Part shown: positions 1 to 26,990 of the stretch, piece by piece | How the letters are laid out: the number at the start of each line of letters is the position of its first letter | Position numbering within the stretch: position 1 is the first letter of the stretch | NCBI RefSeq assembly: GCF_009914755.1 | Contig: NC_060943.1 | Origin: the human T2T-CHM13v2.0 reference genome, Homo sapiens | Strand: one strand, 5' to 3' | Length of the DNA stretch: 64,000 nucleotides | Translations under genes and position numbers: made by a program | The notes under the pieces: generated by a model | What the model was told of the DNA's origin: nothing | The model's input: the letters and a program-made list of their open reading frames with translations, nothing else | Database searches by the model: none

Positions 1-62
1 AGATTAGAGAAGCACCTTAAATCTTTGGCCAGATGGATTCGTGAGATCCTTCTACTACACTA

Positions 63-1270
<1,208 letters not shown>

Positions 1271-2149
1271 AAACTAAAAGAAAACACACAAAATGAGGGT
1301 GAGATAATCAGATAGTAGCAATAGCACACCACCCATCGTTGCCATCCCAGGCCAAACTCCTCATACCCTACAGCTCTCTCCTCCTGCAAACACTGAAAAG
1401 AACCCTTTCAAATGGCAGGACCCTTCTCTTCTGGGGGGAGTCTCAAGAATGCCCACTCCCTCTTCCCTGCCCTCCAGTCCCAGCCTTCTCATCTCTTACC
1501 CCAGAGATATGAAATAACATACTTAAGACTGCCCCACTTAAATCTGACCTCCTGGCCTTGACCTACTCCAGACCGCTCCCTTCACCCCAAAGATATTCTA
1601 AGCCCAGCCCCTTCCCCACAACTTCAGACCTTCCTCTCTAGTTGCCTAAGTGAGGAAGCCTCCACTCTGAGACATCTCAAAGTCACCATTCCAAAATCCA
1701 AACGTTCATGGAAAAACAACAAAAACACCTTGCTCTTTCATGCCTTACTTTCAGTCATAGCTGCATATGATGGAGCAGAAAATCCTGTTGGTTTCAAATT
1801 TAAAACCTACCCAGAATATGATCACTTCTACCCACTCACCTGCCATTACTCTTGGTACATCCACCACCAAAGCATTCCTGGAATCCACTGCAGTAGCCTC
1901 CTTACCGGTCTCCTCGTATCCATCCTCGCAGTCCCCACCCCAAACTAATGTTCTCCCCTGAGCAAATTTCGAGACACTTAAAATCCCAGCTAAGATCACG
2001 TCCTTCTATTCAAAACCCTCAGTTAATCTCAACGCCCTCAGAATGAAGCGACAACTTCTCAGCCTGCCATTCCAGTCACAGTTCCTCAAACTCTGCTCTG
2101 TGTTGATGAGAACCCTGTCTCCCAAATGTTTGGGGGTCAGCAGCACCCC

Positions 2150-2620
2150 CGAGCCTTTACCTGCGCCGTCCCCTCCGCCCGTAACTCTCCCACACCCACC
2201 CACACCGAGATAGGACCCCGCCCCAAGAGTGCGTCGCTGTCCTGGGACACAGGGGCTGCAGGCACTTTACGATTCGGAGTCGGAGAAAGGGTGACTGAGG
2301 GCCCGGAGGACGCAGCACCCACCCGCGCGGAGTCCGTTAGCTCCGCCATAGGACCGTGGGCGCGGACAGCTGCCGGGAGCGGCAGGCGTCTCGATCGGGG
2401 ACGCAGGCACTTCCGTCCCTGCAGAGCATCAGACGCGTCTCGGGACACTGGGGACAACATCTCCTCCGCGCTTTCCCAACACCTCCACCTGCGGCCCACA
2501 CAAGCGTTACAGAACCCCGGCCAGGGACAGCCTGACAGAAACAAAATGTCCGCTACAAGGAGGAGCCGGAAGTCCCGCCCACGCACCCCCCGCAGGCACT
2601 GAAACACCCCTCTCCTGGGC
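2150..2620 (-). promoter_or_regulatory. ZNF671: ZNF671 CpG island and core promoter (GC box, ETS/GABP site, YY1-like site)
   Basis: CpG-dense; minus strand reads GGGCGGGACTTCCGG (2580-2566) then GGACATTTTG (2551-2542). Confidence 0.8.
2323..2460 (-). CDS. ZNF671: ZNF671 coding exon 1 (MLSPVSRDASDALQGRKCLRPRSRRLPLPAAVRAHGPMAELTDSAR); rest of gene lies left of the window
   Basis: ATG at 2460, 46 codons ending CGG|GTGGGT phase-0 donor (GT at 2322-2321); peptide matches the ZNF671 N-terminus as I recall it; position fits the order ZNF671(-), ZNF776(+), ZNF586(+). Confidence 0.88.
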
Positions 2621-2756
2621 CCTCATTGGGTATGCAACGTATAGGTTTGTGGGTAGAGTGTGGTTCCCACTGAGCTATCCTTCAAGGCAGGGGATTCTCG
2701 GCCTGGGCTCTTGGGAAAACTCGAAGTAGGAGGGCCAAGTTGTTTGGGAAAAGTAA

Positions 2757-3095
<339 letters not shown>

Positions 3096-4050
3096 TGACT
3101 TCTGTCCTCTTAAAAGGCCTGGACCTAGATTCCCTGGAGTGTAGTATGCACCGATCGCAGAAATGTTGAGACATTTCAGATGTTCCCCAAAGCTGCAAAA
3201 CTAAATAGATACACCACACCACAATGTCTCTTTGCGTACACTCACAGCTAGAAGCTAATAACTATTACCTTGTTGCTTTTTAAATATGTGTGCACTCAAG
3301 CTTTACAGTAACTTTTGTGAGCTTCAGTTTGGTCAGAGACGGAAGAGAAAATATTCCAAACAAGGCCTTGGAGTGGAAGAAGGAAGAGGGATGATGTGGA
3401 GTCTCCCTGAAACCAGTGGACAGATTTCTTCAGAAAACTCTTCCTGCCTGGGTAATCAGTGATGTCTCCATCACAGCAAAACACAGTGCAATTACCATTT
3501 AACCTGTCATTGTCATTGTAAGTATGGTGTCTGTGTTAGGAGGTGAGATTATCCCCGGGGGAAAAATCCTGACAGCTATTAATAATGATTCCGTAGTTAT
3601 TTGAAGATAATGAAAGAAATTGCTCTAAGGAAATATCTGTGATAGATGGACAAAGTTAAGATCTCAGTAAAGTTTGAGCCTGAATACTAAAGTATAAGTG
3701 AAAGAATGAAGTTAAGCATATGGTTGTGTTGTGATCTTGACCACACTTTGTCAACAAAATGTGACTCTTTTTTCCTGAAAATGCTGAGCAATTGTAAAGA
3801 AGATATCAGAATGGTAAAAATCAACAGTGAAGTTGTGCTGTCTTGATAATTCACTGTTAAAATACACATCCAAGGAACACATACGAGCTCTCAGTAGGTG
3901 TTTTTCAAATGTGTTAGTAGCATGAAAGACATCACTAATAAAATTTCCAAGATTCCTATACATACAGGACATGTCCTGCATATAATGATTTTTGTCCTGC
4001 ATCACCTTTTGACTTTGTCACAATACCCTAAATAAATATTCTAAAGAAGG

Positions 4051-12135
<8,085 letters not shown>

Positions 12136-12180
12136 TTTGAACCTAATGTATTCTTCAGTGATATCATTCCTTTACTGTAA

Positions 12181-12494
<314 letters not shown>

Positions 12495-13146
12495 GGAGTA
12501 CTTGTTTTTCAATACCACAGGAGCTATGAGCTGGTCCTCCATTTTGTATCAAAGAATGTGTCCCCAGGTGACAAGATGCAGATTCCAAGACATTGAATCA
12601 ATATGATGCCACCATCGCTTTCTTTCTGTTCTATGACATCTTTCTAGTCTTACCTTACTATTTCCTTGGCTCTAAGTTGGTTTTTCCTGAGTTCTCAGAA
12701 ATTGAAATAATACACACTTTGTAGAAATAAGAATTTCATGTTAGTCAAGTCTCTAGGATAGCCATGGGCTCCACTTAATTATCTCAGAACTTACAGCCCC
12801 ATGTCCTCTGCTCACTATCCATTGAGATTTATGTGTTCTCAGACTTCACAGAAACTTTTCTAGCTACTTATGTCATTCTCAGTGGTAACTTCATTTATCC
12901 ACAATATTAACTAATTTTCTCAGTCCAAGCTGTTTTCCAGAGGTAATCTCCAGTCCCCATGCCGAAACTATCATTGTACTTACTGCTGAAATGATAGTTC
13001 CTTCCCAGCAAGAAGGTGAGATTATTGTACCCAGAATCTTTTCTCAGGGTTCAAATATCCACTTTCCCCATGGCAGGAATGCTGACACTCCAGCCACGGT
13101 TTTGTAAATGTGAATTAGTAAATACCAACTATTCCCAGGTGAGTGT

Positions 13147-14133
13147 TGTGGGCAGCAAGCTACCCAGGTGCTGAGGCAAGAGACCGAGGGCATGAGCCAT
13201 TCCAGTATAATAAAATATATAAAACAACAAGAGTTATACTAGATCTAGATCATAGATGTAATTATATATGAATATCATTAATCATTAGTTTGTAGCAATT
13301 ACTCTTTATTCCAGTATTATAATAATACTCGCTCTATAATCATAACCTAGAAAAAACCAGGCCATACAGAGATAGGAGCTGAGGGGACACAGTGAGAAGT
13401 GACCAGAAGACAAGAGTGCGAGCCTTCTGTTATGTCCAGACAGGGCCACCAGAGGGCTCCTTGGTCTAGCGGTGATGCCAGCATCTGGGAAGTCTGGTCT
13501 AGCGGTAGCCTTAGTGTCAAGGAAAAACAACCGCTACTTAGCGGACCGGGAAAGGGAGTCTCCCTTTTCCCCGGGGGAGTTTAGAGAAGACTCTGCTCCT
13601 CCATCTCTTGTGGAGGGCCTGACATCAGTCAGGCCCACCCGCAGTTATCCGGAGGCCTAACCATCTCCCTGTGATGCTGTGCTTCAGTGGTCACGCTCCT
13701 AGTCCACCTTCATGTTCCATCCTGTACACCTGGCTCTGCCTTCTAGATAACAGTAGCAAAATTAGTGAAAGTACTAAAAGTCTCTGATATGCAGAAATAA
13801 TGGTGTAAGCTGTCTCTCTCTCTCCCTCTCTCTCTCTGCCTTGGCTGCCAGGCAGAGAAGGGCCCCGCGTCCAGTGGACACATGACCCACATGACCTTAC
13901 CTATCATTGGAGATGACTCACACTCTTTGCCCTGCCTCTTTTGCTTTGTATCCAATAAATAACAGTGCAGCTAGACATTCAGGGCCACTACCAGTCTCCG
14001 CGCATTGGTGGTAGTGGTCCCCCGGGCCCAGCTGCCTTTTCTCTTATCTCTTTGTCTTGTGTCTTTATTTCTACACTCTCTCGTCACCGCACACAGGGAG
14101 AGACCCACCGACCCTGTGGGGCTGGTCCCTACA
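13147..14133 (+). mobile_element. Solo LTR13 (HERV-K13/HML-4, ERVK class)
   Basis: TG...CA ends (TGTGGGCAGCAAGC...GGTCCCTACA), perfect 6-bp TSD GAGTGT (13141-13146, 14134-14139), AATAAA near 13954; family named from memory of the consensus. Confidence 0.88.
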
Positions 14134-14585
14134 GAGTGTTACAATCAGAAGGAACCAGTTCTGCTCTGAGGTTGAGACATACTCTGAGGGACCTGGAGAC
14201 ATGGTGCAACCTCCTCTCCTTGCCTTATGCCTCTCCTCTATATTTCCTCTGAAACCTTCTTTGAATATTCTTCCTTCCATTACTGACTGAAAATATTAAG
14301 CCTCACAAAGTCCACTGTAAGATCTTTACCAGTGGGAAATGAAGAAGACTGTTTAAAGTATTTGAGTGGCCATTTAGTGTCTTTATAACATTTTTTGGTT
14401 ATGCATTTTTGTCTTTTTGGGGGCATGATTTGCAAATTGAGTCTCTGGTATTTTACTAACTTGTGTTTGATGAGTGAAAGAGTTAATACTTCCTCTCCCA
14501 TTAGTGAAAGGAAAGACACTTCAGAAACATGAATAAAAGATTGTAAATTGGAAATAGTAAGGTAATCAGATATGTAAAGAATCTA

Positions 14586-18789
<4,204 letters not shown>

Positions 18790-18790
<1 letters not shown>

Positions 18791-20130
18791 GACAGGCTTC
18801 TTTATCCCATAAATATCTCTAAATCCCATCATCAAAGAGGCAGATTTGAGAACTGTTCTCCCACCTCTGCACTTGGCAGCCTTGTAAATACATGCTTTCT
18901 CTGCTGCAAGACTCATCATCTCAGTGATTGGCATACTGTGAGATGGACAGAACAGGCCTGGTTCTATATCAATAGTGTGGAGGAATTGTTTCATTTTATA
19001 GACCAGTATCGTCAGCTTCCTCAGGAACCTTTACTAACATGGATAGTGAGAATAACTAACTTAGGGGAAACATCTTTGGTTTTAAATAATGCAGAGTGGA
19101 AGAACATGTTTGGGTTGATGTAGTACCTACAGGTCACTCTTCAACAATTGCAGATAGGTATGTATCATCCACACACACAAGAGTTTATTCCTGAAGGAAC
19201 TGCCAGCCTGGGTGGGTGTATAAAAGCTACTCTGAAGTCTGTCTACTCGGAAAAGCGGGACTGTCTGACTCCCCCTATAAATGCCAAGTGGGGCTCCCCA
19301 GATGAACCAGCTTAATATGCTTCCCATGCAAGCCATGTGGAACTGGCATTATGATGATAGGAATATTTACCTACTGAATATGTTTATTACCCAGGTCATG
19401 GTAAATGTCTTGGTTTGGGGAACCCCATTTTCTTGGGCACCTTATGTAAACTTACTGCTGCAAAATTGAGCTATAGTCAGTCTTACCAAATTTGCTTCCT
19501 ATTATGGGCCTTTCAGATGCTAATAAAACCATTAGATTAATTAATAAGATAGACAATGATGAAAGGTACAGGGGAGAGTCAAATAGCTCCTTCCAGGAAG
19601 GTAGAAATTTTTAAATAGTTATAAAGAAATAAGACAAATAAAGAAAACATGGATAGGAATGAAACTAAGAGGAAAAAGAAAAGGGGGAAATCATGATACT
19701 CATCCCAGCATGGTGGAAATCTTTAGATGGCTATTAGATGGAAATTAGATGAATAAAATAAAAACTGATCGGATTAAAACAAAATTCTGAATATAACACT
19801 ATTGAAGGTTGGGTGGACCAAAGGAAGTTCCTGTTGATCCCCCAACATTAAAGGGCCTTAAGCTAAGTTGCTGTAGTTCCTGAAGTTTGGATAAATTTTA
19901 AAAGCCAGAAGGTAAAGATATAATGAGAAACCCCACCTGGAATGCCTAGGGTGATGGTTAGACTGGTTAATCAAGGTAGCACTTGGAAAAAAGGCCAAAG
20001 TCTCCTGGCCTGAACCCTGGGTGGAAACCTGAAGACATCTGCACAAGAAAGGGTAAAATGGTCTGGAGAGAAGAGTCCTGGGACTACAACATAAAGTAAA
20101 AGTTGACAGGACTATGAAAGTTGGAATGTT
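18790..20130 (+). mobile_element. LTR 3' fragment followed by a degenerate ERV-L-like gag remnant
   Basis: ORF 18938-19123 EELFHFIDQYRQLPQEPLLTWIVRITNLGETSLVLNNAEWKNMFGL resembles the ERV-L gag block EL.EF...Y.Q..GE..WEWILRVWD.G...I.LD.AEF; multiple stops. Confidence 0.55.
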
Positions 20131-21629
20131 AAACATGCTTTTTTTTTTTTAAGTTGTACTACCAATAAACTGAGTTCTTTCCCTACTTTGTATTGGTCAC
20201 AAAAAAAAGAACACCCAATTTGGGAAAAAAAAAAAAAAGGCAAGCAAGTTTTATTTCTGAGCAGAAATGGAGAATGAGTAAGCTCTTGCTCTAAATGCCT
20301 CTTCTCCCTGAACATAGAAGACATAGGTTTTTTAAGAACTGAGCGGCTGGGTACAGTGGCTCATGCCTTTAATCCCAGCACTTTGGGAGGCCGAGACAGG
20401 TGGATCACCTGAGGTTGAGAGTTCGAGACCAGCCTGACCAACATGGAGAAACCCCATCTCTACTAAAAATACAAAATTAGCCAGGTATGGTGGCTCATGC
20501 CTGTAATCCCATCCATAACATTAATTTATTAGGCAAAACACTCCTTGCCATGGAAACAGAAATAAAGAATAGTCACAAAAAAAAAAAAAAGAAAAGAAAT
20601 AAATAAAGTCTGTTTTATCTAATACAAAAAAAAAAAAAAAAAAAAGAATAGCCACTTCCCAGCAATAACATGAACTCCTGGATTTAAGACACAACCAATA
20701 TCAACAGGTGGAGAGCATCTTCTGCATACGTGCCCCACCTTTGAAAACTGCAGCCATTTATCACTACCAAAATAGCATTTCTTTCATTGGTCTTCCTGTA
20801 AGATTGATAAATCTTAGATAAATTAATCCAGAATTAATTGAATATAAGTTGGAATCTCAAGCGAGGGATACTAAGTGGATAAAAGTGTTGCTCAATGTAC
20901 TGGACACTATGATTGATTTTATAGGCAGGAGAGTTGTCTTCTGTGGGAATCACAGACAGAGATTCAGCATGTATTCCTGCTTTAGGGAACACAACATTTC
21001 TCCTCTATCTTCCTTGTCTTGTCCTATCTGGATTAGTTCTCTCTTGTCCCTGACAGACTGAGAAACTGACTCTAATGCCTCAGAGTGCATTCATGTGAAT
21101 TTATAACACAATAATGTTTATCAGCCTCTGCTGCCAGTACCGGGATTTTGCGACTGAAAGACTGTTCAAAACGTTATGATAATTTGGATTTTTAGTCTTT
21201 GGGGGCATCCTAAATAATAAGTTTAGCATCGGAGAGCTCGAGTTCCCCAAAATCTAAAATAATATTTTTTCAAATACTTGAGTGATCAGTTACAGACACT
21301 AATCTCCAAAAATCTCAATACGGGTTCTAAGGCTAGGTGAGACTATCCTCTACCCTAGAAGGACATGCACTTTAAGGACAGGCCGCTGAGATGGAGCTGG
21401 GCCTTTCCTGCAAGTAAGTGAACGTGATGGTAGGGTATACCTGACAGCATAGTTTGACAGGGGATATAGACTTTCAAGGAGAAAATAGACATGAAATAGA
21501 TACATGCAGAAGTATAGTCAAATTGAGGGAAGATGACACTTAGGCCAGAGTAGTGTTTATTCACCACTCTGTGCAATCAAGCGCCTCTGAGAAGGCCTTC
21601 TTTACCGCCTTGGAACTGTCTTGGAACCT

Positions 21630-22200
21630 GAGGAAACTACATAACCCAGAAATCTCTGCGTCGAATGACAGCGCGTCAGAGCCAATGAGAGCTCAAAATA
21701 AAGGCGTTTCCGCGGAAACAGTATAAAGGTGGGACTTCCGGCGTCCTCTACTAGTGGCCATTTTGATTGGTGTTGGGTGTATTTTCCAGTGAGAGACCGC
21801 GGAGTGTTGGGTCGTGTAGAAGTGACTGAACCCAGAAGGTGGAGACGAGACGTTGTCCCGACTGCACAGAGGCTGCTCTGCAGCTCCTTAAAGGCGCTAG
21901 GCGTGACCCGCACCAAGGCCGGGATCGGGACCACCGTGCCCGGGTACCTGCACTGCTCGCCCCCTCCTTTCGACCCCGCTTTCCCCACCCAGTCGGATGG
22001 CGGCGGCCGCGCTGAGGCCCCCGGCTCAGGTAATTTTGGCGTCTTCCGTGCCCTCAGGTCACCTCATCTTTACCTAAGTCCAAAAGCAGAGAGGAAGCGG
22101 CGCCTGCTCAAGGTTTTACACCCTGAACCCGGCGTCGGGACACTGAGGCGCTCTCTATGGGCCCCCGTTTTTGACACCCGCGGGATGCGCTCAGGAGAGC
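21630..22200 (+). promoter_or_regulatory. ZNF776: ZNF776 promoter, 5' UTR and CpG island
   Basis: ACTACAtaaCCCAGAA ZNF143/THAP11-type site at 21636, CCAAT 21682, TATAAA 21722, ETS ACTTCCGG 21734, YY1 GCCATTTT 21757; CpG-rich through exon 1. Confidence 0.82.
21997..22029 (+). CDS. ZNF776: ZNF776 coding exon 1 (MAAAALRPPAQ)
   Basis: ATG at 21997, 11 codons, CAG|GTAATT phase-0 donor. Confidence 0.92.
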
Positions 22201-24469
22201 TACAGGCACAGGGAGCGGTGCAGGCAAAGGCCTGGAGATGAACTGAGCCGAGAGGATCGTAACCTAGGGTCCACAGGCACCTGTCGGGAGCAAAGTGTGA
22301 GGCAGAGCTCCTCCTGGAAGAGCAGGCTGAGGACCGTGTATTCACCCTGAGAACGCTGGAAGCCATGGACAGCTTCCAACAAAGGAAGGAAAAGATCAAT
22401 GTCCAGGCTTTAAAGGTTTCCCAAAGTCCAGTCGAAAAAGAACACAGGGGATGACTTTTGGGCCCTGGGAGGTTGAATTCTTGTTCAACCTCTACAGATC
22501 AGATAGGTGCTAAGAGATGACATTTTGTACTGAGGCGCTCAGTTCAGACAACCAACTCGCGTTTACCTAGTTACAGGGCCAAGAAAGAGTTCAGGGAGGC
22601 CTGAGCTTATCAAATCTCATCAGGGATACATTCTTGTAGCTTGTGCCTCTCCTCTCAGGAACTCCTGGCTGCAGAAGCACTTGCAGAACCTCCGCAGGGA
22701 AGCGGAGGGTGTTATTCCCTCACTGGCCCTAACTCCTATCCACATGCTCTTTAGATTGGGATGTCCTGGGATTCTTAGGTACCTTTTTTTTTTTTTTTAA
22801 GTTTTTTGATATGGGAACCCTGGAGGAACCTTAAACCCAGGATCCAAAGTCTGTGACACAGGATATATGGAGGTATTCCCATTTCTGTCAACCAGTATAA
22901 ACATACTTGGAAGGTTAACCCAGGAGTTAGTACCAGGATGTGAAATGCTTAGAGGTGAAACTGACCAGAGGGAGGAGGTGATGTTGCCACAGTTTCATCT
23001 GGCTGTAGTCTCCTCTGGCTGTACAGTGGAGAACAGACTGTGGGGTTGAGAGAGGAGGAAATAAGATGAGAGTTGAGGCTTTTGCCGTAATCCAAGTGAG
23101 GGTTAACAGACTAAGATTCATGGCTAAGGAGATGTGGCTGGATTCAAAGTTGATATTTTGTTACAGCATCTAGGTTTCCTAATACACAAAGTAAGGGCAT
23201 GAAGAGAGCAATCAGGATCCCGAGGTTTTTGGTCTTAGTAGCTGTAGCTATGGAAGCTGCATCAGCTGAGATGAGCATGTTGGTAATAAACATAATTAGA
23301 ATATTATGCAAATATCAGGATGACTGTTATGGCCATATGAAGAGTCAGAGACGAATAAGTGTAGGCATCAAATGGCTATGGACATGCAGGTTGGGGTATC
23401 TGGAAAGGGATTGACACTGGAGACATCTAATATATGGTAGCTAATGTGTATGCTATGGTGAGTGAGCCATGGGTCACATTAAGGAGAACACACTTCAGAT
23501 TCTGGTGGTAAATCTTTTAGGGGACCAGAAAGCAGTGGTTGAATGATGAGGACTGCATCTGTTGCTTGGGTCCCTGGGTAATGTTACTGGGCTTCCTAAA
23601 CACTGGAGAGGTAGGTAAGTGACCATGATGGTAGGGTATACCTGTCAGCATAATTTGACAGGGGACATAGACTTTCAAGGAGAGAATAGACATGAAATAG
23701 ATATATGCAGAAGTGTAGTCAAATTGAGGGAAGATGACACTTAGGCCAGAGTGGTACTTATTCACCACTCTGTGCAATCAAGATTTGAGATGACTTTGGT
23801 AGTGTGTGGGGGGTTTCATTACACGTGCTGAATATGCTCAGGGAGAAATATGGTCATCTGTGACAGTAGGTCTTGGGCCTTAAATGGATTAAAAACAGGA
23901 CTTTTTTTTTTTTTGAGACGGTGTCTCACTCTGTCGCCCAGGCTGGTGTACTGGTGTATAGTGGCGCAATCTTGGCTCATTACAACCTCCACCTCCCAGG
24001 TTCAAGTGATTCTCCTGCCTCAGCCTCCCGGTAGCTGAGAATACAGTTGCGTGCCACCACGCCCCACTAATTTTTTTTTGTATTTTTAGTAGAGATGTGA
24101 TTTCACCATATTGGCCAGGCTGGTCTCGAACTCCTGACCTCATGATCCACCTGCCTCAGCCTCCCAAAGTGCTAGGATTACAGGTGTGAACCACCATGCC
24201 CATCCAGGACTGCTCTTTAAATGGCAATGGTATTAGGTGAATGGAAGTTGGTCCGTGTTGCTGAAGGGTAAGCCATTGTAGCACAGAAGTGGAATAAGAC
24301 CATGGATATCTGAAGTTACATGTGGTTTTGCATGGATGTGGAGTAATGCAAGGAGGCATTCATAGAATTATTAGGGACTACCACTGCTAATGGGAACCAT
24401 GGTCATTTTGTGTTATTATTGGATCCTGTTTGAATATGTGAAGCATATTGGATGCTGTCAGCCATATTG

Positions 24470-24980
24470 TGGTATAAAGCCAAAAATGGAGGCCCAATAT
24501 GATGTGTCACCTTGACATCTAGTGATATTGGTATGACCTCAAATGACCTGAGAACCAATTCCCTTCCCACTAGGCTCTTTTAGATAATAATCAGCATGGC
24601 CTAATAATCCTTTTATTAGGGAGACCAGGCAGAATTCCTGGTTATTATACTTTGTAGTGAGTTTCAATTTTATCCTTACCCACAGTGTTATTCAAACAAG
24701 CCAGTTGCATCCTCCTAAGGGATTCGGGGGTCATCACACCCTCTTCATTTTAAAAGCTTGCATATCATAGTTTCTGGTTATGCACTCTTATCCATAGTGC
24801 AACCCCTATGTGGTCCTTCATGATGAGGGATGTCCTCTTCTAGACTTTGAGTGTATTTGATTTTTAAACATATTTATAGCACCTGTCTAGTGTTTGATGT
24901 CATGTGTTTGGTCATTAATATAACTGTAAGGTGAAAATCTCACCCTTACTGGTAGAAGGAAGAAGAGGGTATAAACATAC
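24470..24980 (+). mobile_element. Old ERV-L LTR (MER54-like) in ZNF776 intron 1; paralogous copy in ZNF586 intron 1 (49720-51022, split by Alus)
   Basis: CCTTGACATCT, TTATTCAAACAAGCCA, AGTGCAACCCC, GTGTTTGG.CAT motifs, collinear in both genes; family name tentative. Confidence 0.55.
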
Positions 24981-25195
24981 TTTAACTTGTGGGGAGGCAG
25001 AGGCCAATGTGGGAGGCAGTTTAGTGGGGGTGGCCATGGGCATGTGTCTGTGCAGTCTAAAGAATGATGTGTATTTTGGCCTAGCACAGTGGCTCATGCC
25101 TGTAATCCCAGCACATTGGGAGGCTGAGGTGGGTGAATCACTTGAGCTCAGGATTTCGAGACTAACCTGGGCAACATAGTGAAACCTTCTCTCTA

Positions 25196-25366
<171 letters not shown>

Positions 25367-25670
25367 TCAAAAAAAAAAAAAAGCAAAAAAAAGGAATGAT
25401 GTGTATTTAGAGAAGGAGTATGTCTGATAGACTGAGGATGCTGCATTGGGATTTACATGACTTCATCTCTACCAGGGGCATTGGCTATCAGGAAGTTATG
25501 GACCGCTTTATATCAGCACCAAAACATAGAAATCTATTGTTTCACCCACTTCTTGTGGCTGATGGCTGTACACCATGACCAGTGAGCCCATGAGAAGATA
25601 GTGACACCAGTGGGCCTAGTTTCTCCTTGTAGTTTAGGACCTTGGGAGGAGGAAGGGCAAGGGTGGATAA

Positions 25671-25964
<294 letters not shown>

Positions 25965-26210
25965 TAGTTCCCTGGGTAGGTTCTATGTGGTATGTAGGAC
26001 TGAGGTGTGTGCACTGCCCTCTCTTCTCCTTGAGCAGCCCCAACACCTGCTTTGCTGCAAGCTCCCAGAGAAGGAGCTTTACAGGCACCATAATGCATCC
26101 CACCTTGCTTGCCCTCTGGCTGTTGAGTAATTTTTCTAGATCAGAGACTGGTATGCACAGGTTCTACTTCCTTGCTCTAGGTGACATTTATTCATGACTG
26201 CCTGTGCTAG

Positions 26211-26537
<327 letters not shown>

Positions 26538-26735
26538 TGATCCTCCCACCTCATCCTCCCAAAGTGCTGGGATTACAAGCATGAGCCAGTGTGCCCTGAG
26601 TATTTTTTGCTTTTTTGTTTTTTTTTTTTTCAGACAGGGTTTCACTGTCATCCAGGCTGCAGTCTACTGATGCAATCATGGTTCACTTCATTCTCAGCCT
26701 TCTGGGCTCAAGTAATCCTCCCACCTGACTCCTAA

Positions 26736-26990
<255 letters not shown>

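Noticed and set aside
2126-2607. 158-aa and 156-aa ORFs over the ZNF671 island, and similar ones at 21729-22241 and 44542-45291
   Set aside because: GC-rich islands are poor in stop codons; they read through splice donors and show no domain
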